From positions 1 through 64,000 of IMG/VR virus record IMGVR_UViG_3300007511_000007: DNA of 64,000 bases; one strand, given 5' to 3'. This document shows positions 35,356-42,677 of this stretch, in pieces (the stretch's first letter is position 1; each line of letters starts with the position of its first letter). The notes below the pieces were generated by a model. The model ran no database searches, was not told the DNA's origin, and worked only from the letters and a program-made list of their open reading frames with translations. The DNA comes from a virus. Both the position numbers and the translations under genes were made by a program.

Positions 35356-36461
35356 TAATCAGGGTATCCCGAATCCTCTTGAGTTTCATTTTCAGGGGTG
35401 CCGTGGGCTTCCATCTTCTTGCCACTCTGGTACCCCACAGGGTCATCCTGCGTGAAGATGAGTTCCGACGGGGGCAATACAGAGTCCTTTGATTCCACCG
35501 GGGCAATCCTCAAGAACTTGAAGTGCTCGGCTTTAATCTGATTCTCCTTAGCCCTTTTGTCCTCCTCGGCAAGATCAAGGAAGCACTCCAAGCAAACCTT
35601 GTGGTGCAGATACCTTTCCCCCACAATTTTCCAGAGGTCGTCGGCCACCTTGTAGTTCAAGCGGATGATCTTCCCGCATCTGCGACACGAAGGATGCCCC
35701 ATAGGATTGTAATTTCTGATCTGCCACTTGCCGTTCTCAGGGACATTGATGAAAGGCAGACGGTACCAGTCATGTAAACCGGTGTCCTTGAAACAAACAC
35801 CTCTCACATTGAGTCCCAGACGGGCCAGCGTCTCATGGGTCAGAATGGCTCTGTAAACCATCCCAATGGGGTATTTGGCATCGTTATGCAACTTTGTGAT
35901 GGTGGACTCCAGACGATTAGGATCGTCGTCCACCTCTTCCTCCGTTACCACAAGCTCCCCGCCCTCATGAAGGGGGGCGTCGAGCTTGGATTCATAGCCG
36001 GGGAATTCCAAATGATATTTGTCCACGTAGTCGAACAGGAAGTCGATGGCACATACAACCATGGGCCTCCATGTGTCAATGAGCATCTCCCTGATCACCG
36101 TGTCGAAACCCGTGAGCAATTCACTGGTCGACAGCATGTGGGCTTGGCCAACCAAGAACTCGTAGGTATCCCGTGCATCCTTGGGCATAGTGAATTCGAG
36201 CTTGAACATGAGATGCTCCAGAACTCTCCGATCCTGAACCACCCGCAAAGTATCGTCCGTGAAGGATTCCCCAATGGGGTCTTTCTCATCGGAGTCGTCC
36301 TCCTTCCCCAAAGAACTCAACCGTAACTCCATGGGTTCCTGTTTCTCACCATCCCTTGAAAACTGGGGGTTACGACTGTCTTTGATGACAATGCGAGGGA
36401 ACAGATCCCACTTACTTGTGAGATGACGACGCTTTCTCCTTGCTTTGGAACGTTTACTCAT
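35352..36461 (-). CDS. Hypothetical protein with a C-terminal zinc finger
   Basis: SD GAGGAGG before ATG 36461; CRRCG ... W ... VCLECF. Confidence 0.6.
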   Translation of the reverse strand: MSKRSKARRKRRHLTSKWDLFPRIVIKDSRNPQFSRDGEKQEPMELRLSSLGKEDDSDEKDPIGESFTDDTLRVVQDRRVLEHLMFKLEFTMPKDARDTYEFLVGQAHMLSTSELLTGFDTVIREMLIDTWRPMVVCAIDFLFDYVDKYHLEFPGYESKLDAPLHEGGELVVTEEEVDDDPNRLESTITKLHNDAKYPIGMVYRAILTHETLARLGLNVRGVCFKDTGLHDWYRLPFINVPENGKWQIRNYNPMGHPSCRRCGKIIRLNYKVADDLWKIVGERYLHHKVCLECFLDLAEEDKRAKENQIKAEHFKFLRIAPVESKDSVLPPSELIFTQDDPVGYQSGKKMEAHGTPENETQEDSGYPDY

Positions 36462-36591
36462 CCGAGCCTCCTCAATAGTTGGTTGCTCACCAACCAGTTC
36501 GGGGTTACATCTGTCGGAGCAGGGTATGTCCCTACCCACATGAAAACTCTACCACGCAAAATCAGCTTGCACAACATGGAATTGAAAACAA

Positions 36592-39282
36592 TTACCGTTC
36601 GCCAACACAGTCAGAACAATACCGTCTCGTGTTATTTTGGCTCTGGTCTAAGAATGCTCCCCCACACCTTCGACATTTCTTCGACCTGAGTTTTTGACGG
36701 CAATCTAAACAAACTGTACGGCGATCTACGGCTTTGAACTGCTCACCGCACTCAGAACATGTCCAGACCCCAATTTCTTGCTCGCTGCGGAATTGCGACA
36801 CATCGGTAATCTTGCCAGATCGAAACATCTTTTCCCGCCGCCGATGCTCAGGACAACAAAACCGCATTGAGTTTTGCTTCGAGTCATCAACGAAAGCCTC
36901 CCCACAATGTCGATACTGACAAGTCTTCCGACGTTTTGATAGCTCCCGCTCCTCCTTACACTCAGGACAATACTTGAAGCTCCCCTTTAGACTCGTTTGC
37001 CATTCCTTGTCACAACTCTGGCATATGAAATCCCGCACCCCTGCTAAAGGATTCGTTGCCCGACGCTGCTTCCTTTTCTCTTTCGCTCTCTTTGCGTCGA
37101 GTGCCTTTCTGCAATCCACACAATACAACGTCCTCGAAGATGCCCCCACAAGCTCCAGACCACAAACGGTACAAGTAATCTTCTTACTTGAACAGGCGGG
37201 ACAAATCATCTTCTCCCCCAAAGGAATGACCTTGCCACAGCTTGTACAATGACTGAATTGCACGCCTTGCTCACCAATCGTGACCGTCTTTGGCTGCCCT
37301 ACCCGAGGCCAACACAGAACTTTCTCATGGTTCTCTCGGTCTTTGAACTTCGGCATCGCATATCTTACAACCTCTCCCTTCCCCACTGGGAGCCGCTCAC
37401 AGATGTCAATAGTATCTTGAATCAAGGGGTACACCACACCCCCTATCTTGAAATCGTCCACGTTCAAGACAACCCACCCACCCGGATTTAGAGCGAGCAC
37501 AGATTTCCGCACCACCTCTTCCCAGAACTCTTTCAGCCAACTCTCGTATGTGGAATATCGATTTCCAGCCAACCTCTCGGAATCCCCATAAATCTCTCGT
37601 TTCCAGTATGGTGGGGATGTCAAGACCATATCAACACAAGGGAACTCAAAGTCCTCAGATGTCACATTATGCAGTTGAATCCGATCTTTGGCCCCCTGGA
37701 CATAGGAACCAATCCAATCGGCCATGCGGTGCAATCTCGTGAACGTTTCATTCTGTGGCTCGCATCCGATATATCTCGGATACGCACTCGACAGAACAAC
37801 TCCCATCATTCTGCCGCCATACCCGGCGCAGGGATCAAAAACGGTGCCACCTGGCGGGCAGAATTTGTCCACCAGTACCTTTGCTGCAGAGGGTCTGAAA
37901 TTATACACTCCTGAGTAAGTCAAAAACCTCAAAGCCCCCCGCAGTTGAGACGGATTAGGGACTCTCCCCATACCCAACAAAGCACGTATCGCTTTCCTTA
38001 GCGACACGTCATCGCTGAAAATCTGCATTGGGCTTCTTTTTGACTGGAAAGAGCGAGCTTCCCAAATGTGAGGCATCAGAGCATGACACGAACTCTGCCC
38101 AACACGTCTCTCTTTCAGGACACCACCCTGTAGAACTTGGTCAACTTCTAAACGATGAATTGCTTGTAGCTCCTGCGGTTTGATAATCGAATGGGGGAAC
38201 CCCTCTCTTCGCCAAAACTCAAAGATCTCCTGCTCGATGCGCTCCCGGTCCGACAACGAAACGCTGCCCCACCTCTTGGCCTCTCGCCGTAACTCAATGG
38301 GAATATGTTTCTCCCCTTTTGTATTGATTGGAACCTTTGGGACAACACCTGGAGGCCAAAACTTGCGGGGGATTTTATACAAAACACTGGAACTGGCATA
38401 CGGGGCAATCAAGGAAAAGAACAGTGCCGAAGAGATCGCCCTGATCCCCATAATCTTGCAAGAGGTCTGTGCCGAAGTTCCCATTAAGTACGTTTTAATC
38501 CCGAACTGCTCCCCCACAACCCTCACAATCTCTTCTGCTTCCTGAAGGGTCGTGTCCCCTAACGCAAAAGAGGGGAGACCAGAATCCAGATGACCATCGT
38601 CAAAGTACCAATACGCCAATGACTGCACAGTCAAGCCCCTCAAAATTACTGTTGGGTACTTTCTAGTGCCCTTTGGATAAAAGACCGCACGCAATTCCCG
38701 CAACCACTCATGTTGAACTGTCCGGAACCCAAAGCCATACTGCATCTCTCCCGAGTCTTCTGATTCAGTCTCTTCGTAGAACAGGGGCCGCGCAATTGTG
38801 CTCAACATGTTGTGGATATGCCGCAAATAATCGAATTGACTGTGGGAATGAACAACCTTCAGCACACCACGCTCAAAAAGATGGCCATCCCCCAATAAGG
38901 TTCCAATGATGACCTCCTTCTGATCCTGTGTGAGCAAATCTTTCTTTGTAGCCCGCTCTGACTTCGAGATTGCTACAATGCCCCACTTCTTACGGAGTCT
39001 GGCTATGGCAGGCTTTTTAACTCCATACCGAGCAGCAATTTGCCTGTCCCCCATCTGTTGATAAAGACTTTTCAAAAGGACTGGAGTTAATTCGCCCAAA
39101 GTAGGCAACCCCTTTCTTTGACTCAGGTCACGTCTCTCTCGGATCGTAGTTGTCGGGATACCAAGCTTCTTTCTGTGGTAAGCAACCCCCTCACCGGACA
39201 TCCCGAACATCTCACCTATCTGGGAATCCGTGTGCTGTGTATACAAGACCTCTAATTCCCCCTTGCTAAATTTCTTGCCCAT
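36592..39282 (-). CDS. Fusion: HTH repeats + LAGLIDADG endonuclease + amino-DNA methyltransferase + multiple zinc ribbons
   Basis: IIGTLLGDGHL and LAYWYFDDG (LAGLIDADG); FDPCAGYGGR (motif I) and LTSPPYW (motif IV); more than 8 CxxC pairs at the C-terminus. Confidence 0.85.
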   Translation of the reverse strand: MGKKFSKGELEVLYTQHTDSQIGEMFGMSGEGVAYHRKKLGIPTTTIRERRDLSQRKGLPTLGELTPVLLKSLYQQMGDRQIAARYGVKKPAIARLRKKWGIVAISKSERATKKDLLTQDQKEVIIGTLLGDGHLFERGVLKVVHSHSQFDYLRHIHNMLSTIARPLFYEETESEDSGEMQYGFGFRTVQHEWLRELRAVFYPKGTRKYPTVILRGLTVQSLAYWYFDDGHLDSGLPSFALGDTTLQEAEEIVRVVGEQFGIKTYLMGTSAQTSCKIMGIRAISSALFFSLIAPYASSSVLYKIPRKFWPPGVVPKVPINTKGEKHIPIELRREAKRWGSVSLSDRERIEQEIFEFWRREGFPHSIIKPQELQAIHRLEVDQVLQGGVLKERRVGQSSCHALMPHIWEARSFQSKRSPMQIFSDDVSLRKAIRALLGMGRVPNPSQLRGALRFLTYSGVYNFRPSAAKVLVDKFCPPGGTVFDPCAGYGGRMMGVVLSSAYPRYIGCEPQNETFTRLHRMADWIGSYVQGAKDRIQLHNVTSEDFEFPCVDMVLTSPPYWKREIYGDSERLAGNRYSTYESWLKEFWEEVVRKSVLALNPGGWVVLNVDDFKIGGVVYPLIQDTIDICERLPVGKGEVVRYAMPKFKDRENHEKVLCWPRVGQPKTVTIGEQGVQFSHCTSCGKVIPLGEKMICPACSSKKITCTVCGLELVGASSRTLYCVDCRKALDAKRAKEKRKQRRATNPLAGVRDFICQSCDKEWQTSLKGSFKYCPECKEERELSKRRKTCQYRHCGEAFVDDSKQNSMRFCCPEHRRREKMFRSGKITDVSQFRSEQEIGVWTCSECGEQFKAVDRRTVCLDCRQKLRSKKCRRCGGAFLDQSQNNTRRYCSDCVGER

Positions 39283-39363
39283 AAAGACTCTTTTCGCCTC
39301 CTTTCGGGAACAGGCCGAAGCGACGTTTACACGTAGCCGTAGGCGGGTTTGCCATCTAGGAGC

Positions 39364-39392
39364 ATTTTACTTGGGGATTGTTGCGGAGTCAA
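39364..39392 (-). promoter_or_regulatory. Sigma70 promoter (TTGACT-N17-TAAAAT) for the LAGLIDADG-MTase gene
   Basis: Near-consensus -35 and -10 with a 17-nt spacer, just downstream of the capsid terminator. Confidence 0.75.
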
Positions 39393-39402
39393 GAGGGTTA
39401 AC

Positions 39403-39442
39403 CAAGAAATCCCCGAACCACCAAAGCGGAACGGGGGTTTCT
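39403..39442 (-). terminator. Rho-independent terminator after the major capsid gene
   Basis: Minus-strand hairpin AAACCCCCG...CGGGGATTT followed by CTT. Confidence 0.6.
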
Positions 39443-39469
39443 CTTACGATTTCAGGCAGTTACGAGAAC

Positions 39470-40345
39470 TTACCTTGTGACCGTCAGGCGAGTCAACCCA
39501 CGAGGATTGAATGCACCGAGACCGAGATTCTCGAAAATCGAGAATCCGATGGTACGTGCCTTGGGATCGTCCGCACTCAGAACGGTGAGTTCTGTACGAA
39601 CCGGGATTCTGCCGAAAAATTCCGGTTCGCAGCACACGTACACCGTGCCCACGGGAACCAGACGGCTGACGATGATCTGGGCACCCCAAAGGGTGGCCAT
39701 CAGACCGGTCTTCAGCAGAGTGGCCTGGGACTCGATGTCGAGAATGTCACGACCGAACTTCCTCAGGTCGGCGTAGTCCCGTGCATTCATGAACACACGA
39801 GCCACACGCAGGTCATGGCGTTCGATCAAGGCGAAGGCGTCCGCAAGAACGGCACCCGTGATCGGAGCGACGACCGGAATGTCAGGGTTGGTACCGGCAG
39901 CGATGCTGTCGAAGCCCTGAGTTGCAATTGCATCGAGAACCGCAAAGACACGTTCGTCTTCAGCAGCCTGAATCTGCGCCCGGCCCAGATCCTGCGCACG
40001 CTCGATGAGATCGAAGCGACGCTCTTTGATCTGAGTCAGCGGGATCTCGGGATTGCTGGCGATCTCAAAGAGCGGGAAAATCACACGCCGCGGCTTGGTG
40101 ACGGCAAGAATGTTCTCGCCTTCTTCACCCACCACGTAGGCGGTGACATCCGGGTCTTTGTCGTAGATCGGAAGCGCGCCATCGGGAAGCTGCTCAACCA
40201 GGAAGGTTTTGCGGCCAACCGAGGTGTAATCCCGGCGCAAACGCAGCGGCTGAGTCATGGACGCAGCCAGCTTCATACGACCCTGCGGAGTCTTGATGTA
40301 GTCGGAGATGATCTTCTGTTTCACAGCGTTGTTGACTTGACTCAT
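39470..40345 (-). CDS. Major capsid protein (HK97 fold)
   Basis: Follows protease, scaffold and cement genes; strongly C-biased codons; QPLRLRRDY..VGRK...VEQLPDGALPIYDKD, IQAAED, FMNARDYADLR, FENLGLGAFNPRG patterns. Confidence 0.85.
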   Translation of the reverse strand: MSQVNNAVKQKIISDYIKTPQGRMKLAASMTQPLRLRRDYTSVGRKTFLVEQLPDGALPIYDKDPDVTAYVVGEEGENILAVTKPRRVIFPLFEIASNPEIPLTQIKERRFDLIERAQDLGRAQIQAAEDERVFAVLDAIATQGFDSIAAGTNPDIPVVAPITGAVLADAFALIERHDLRVARVFMNARDYADLRKFGRDILDIESQATLLKTGLMATLWGAQIIVSRLVPVGTVYVCCEPEFFGRIPVRTELTVLSADDPKARTIGFSIFENLGLGAFNPRGLTRLTVTR

Positions 40346-40355
40346 GGCATCCCCC

Positions 40356-41021
40356 CTATATCCGCTGATCGTACACAAGTTCACCCTGTGTAGCATCAGC
40401 AGGCATCTTCAAGACGCCAATGATTGTCGTCCCACCAGCAGCGTTGGCACCCCAACTGTCAGTACACGTATGCGACCGCTCCTGACTGTTGTTGATTGCC
40501 GTGACGTTGGTGAGATAACCGTTCAACGAGGCGACGAGAGCATCCCCCACGGTGTAAACCAGCGCGACACCCGGACCACCAGTGAGGATGTTCTGGGTTT
40601 CGTACAGGGCGTTTCCGTAAGTTCCCTGAGCGGAAACATACGGACCCTTGCCGCTGGCCGTACCGGGAGTATTCTCAAACGTGTTTCCGTTGGCCGTATT
40701 GATGAAAACCCCGAGTGCCCGATGGGTCGGGACTGCTGCGCCAGCAACAGTCGCATTGGGAGCCGCAAGAGGGCCTCCAATGAAATTGCTGCCGCCACCT
40801 GCGTCGGGGCGAGAGAAGGCAACCGAGCCACTCAGCACACCAAGCAACGCAGTGTTGACTTGGGTGGAGACGGTCGCTGCCGTAGTAACGTGAGGGGGAT
40901 TGACCTGAGTGAATGAGTCGTCCGTGAGAACTCCAACGGTGTTACGCACACCGACATGGAGAATTCGCAAGGCCGAGGAACTCTCAGTCCAACCACCGCT
41001 CGCCTGTCCAAGCAAAGGCAT
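40356..41021 (-). CDS. Capsid cement/decoration protein
   Basis: Directly upstream of the MCP; Gly/Ala/Thr-rich; ASGK.PY, YET, Y.VGD.L.AS.NGYLT motifs. Confidence 0.7.
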   Translation of the reverse strand: MPLLGQASGGWTESSSALRILHVGVRNTVGVLTDDSFTQVNPPHVTTAATVSTQVNTALLGVLSGSVAFSRPDAGGGSNFIGGPLAAPNATVAGAAVPTHRALGVFINTANGNTFENTPGTASGKGPYVSAQGTYGNALYETQNILTGGPGVALVYTVGDALVASLNGYLTNVTAINNSQERSHTCTDSWGANAAGGTTIIGVLKMPADATQGELVYDQRI

Positions 41022-41212
41022 GAGTAACCTCCTTACCTTTACTCCCTGTTTTCAGGGAGGTGATTGAAAACATGACCCTTTGAAGTGCCTTTACCTCGTA
41101 GGGTCGAACCAAAAGACAAATTTTCAAGCTCTTACATCAGCACTAATAAGGCGAGCGTAAAGGCAAAGTATCGAAAAACTTTGCCTTCATGCTCAAACCT
41201 TACCGCTCAAAA

Positions 41213-42643
41213 CTAGAAGTGATCCGAAACGTCCGGGGCTTCGTCCCACAGATTCTGAAGCTGTTCAACGTCATCACTGGCGGTCTTGGGGACACTGCCC
41301 AAAGACTTGACGCCATCGCTGGCTTTCTTCGGCTGGGGCTGCTCTGCCGCTTCCTTCCCTTCTTCTTCCTCGTCATCCGAGGCTGTCATGCCGTACAGGG
41401 CTGCAAGCTCTGCATCTTCTTCCACATCCACGTCCAGACCCATCGGATCGTCGGCCGGGGAAATGTCAACGTCGAGTTCAACATCCTGCTGGGCCATCGT
41501 CTCGATGAGTGCCTCACCTTCAGCATCATCCATAGCCTCTTTCTTCTCGCCCTCTTCTTCCTTCTCTTCCTCGTCGGCTGCCTTCTTGCCGCCTTCCTTG
41601 TCGTCCCCGTCATCATCGTCGGAGTCGTCATCGGAATCGTCGGAATCATCTTCCTCGTCATCGTCGGCTTTCTTGGCTTCCTTCTTCTCGCCTTCGTCCT
41701 CTTTCTCTTCTTCCTTTTCCTCGGCCTTCTTGGAAGCGTCTACTTCTTCCTCGACCTCATCATCGTCGGCCTTCTTTGCTTCTGCCTTCTTCAATGCGAA
41801 CTTGGAGAAAGAGTCACCAAGACCGGCAGCAGCTTCTTCTACGGTGATGATACCGTCACCGTCTGAGTCGATGGCAGCAAAGACAGCCGGGCTTCCGCCC
41901 CACTCTTCCGCCGTGATGAAGCCATCACCGTCCAGATCGTACTCGTCAAAGACGTTGTGGCCCAGACTCACATCAAGGAGAGCTTCCTTCTTGTCCTCGG
42001 CTTCCTTGTCGCAACCTTCGCATTCGTCATCATCAGCCTGCTTCGGGCTGTCAGAGACATCGAAACCAGTGTCGAAAGCATCGGGCTTGTTCTGGTCAGC
42101 AATCTTTGCTTCGAGGTCAGCAATCTTCGCTTCCATCTCGGCAAACTTGCAGGCCATCGGGTCTTCCACTTCTACTTCGGCTTCTTCGTCGAGCATCTGT
42201 GAAAGCATTGCTTCTTCGTCCATCTCCACGTCGAGTTCGTCAGCAAGAAACCCACCGGCTTCCAGACGTTCCAGAGCGGACTTGATCCGGGCTTCGCCAA
42301 GATCCATGAATTCCAAAGCCTGATCTTCGATAATCGAGGCTTCGACCTTCAAACCCTTGAACATTGCCTGCGCCATACGCACGCACTTGGCCGCACGCTG
42401 CTCAACGGCAACTCGCATGGACGCTTCCTTGGCTGCGGGATGCTCGGTGCCTTCGTCGGGGTAAGCAGGGTGCTCTCCCTTGGGGTAAGGCGGTTCTCTC
42501 GGATCTTCTGCCCATGCAGAAGGATCGCCCTTCTCGTATTCTTCCCGAGAGGGATCACCTTTGTCGCCGGGATGTTCCGTACCTTCCCACGGAACTGCGG
42601 GACGCTCTGCAGCTTGACGGTCTGTCAATCTTTCTCTCTTCAT
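41213..42643 (-). CDS. Capsid scaffolding protein with an EF-hand pair
   Basis: Very acidic, coiled coil, between protease and cement genes; DLDGDGFITAEE and DSDGDGIITVEE. Confidence 0.75.
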   Translation of the reverse strand: MKRERLTDRQAAERPAVPWEGTEHPGDKGDPSREEYEKGDPSAWAEDPREPPYPKGEHPAYPDEGTEHPAAKEASMRVAVEQRAAKCVRMAQAMFKGLKVEASIIEDQALEFMDLGEARIKSALERLEAGGFLADELDVEMDEEAMLSQMLDEEAEVEVEDPMACKFAEMEAKIADLEAKIADQNKPDAFDTGFDVSDSPKQADDDECEGCDKEAEDKKEALLDVSLGHNVFDEYDLDGDGFITAEEWGGSPAVFAAIDSDGDGIITVEEAAAGLGDSFSKFALKKAEAKKADDDEVEEEVDASKKAEEKEEEKEDEGEKKEAKKADDDEEDDSDDSDDDSDDDDGDDKEGGKKAADEEEKEEEGEKKEAMDDAEGEALIETMAQQDVELDVDISPADDPMGLDVDVEEDAELAALYGMTASDDEEEEGKEAAEQPQPKKASDGVKSLGSVPKTASDDVEQLQNLWDEAPDVSDHF

Positions 42644-42677
42644 CGCACATCCTCCTGTTTTCTGGCGTATGCCATGT

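Noticed and set aside
36592-39282. LAGLIDADG domain as an intein inside the methyltransferase
   Set aside because: No block A Cys/Ser start or HN/C-S-T end flanks the domain; it is a plain fusion.
39230-40393. 387-aa plus-strand ORF antisense to the major capsid gene (also 41286-42323, 1946-2989, 45781-46713)
   Set aside because: Shadow ORFs caused by strong codon bias on the coding strand; no SD or recognisable motifs.
41500-41800. Low-complexity TCN/TTC-rich repeats that resemble a tandem repeat array
   Set aside because: They are the reverse complement of the Asp/Glu/Lys-rich scaffold coding sequence, not a non-coding repeat or CRISPR.
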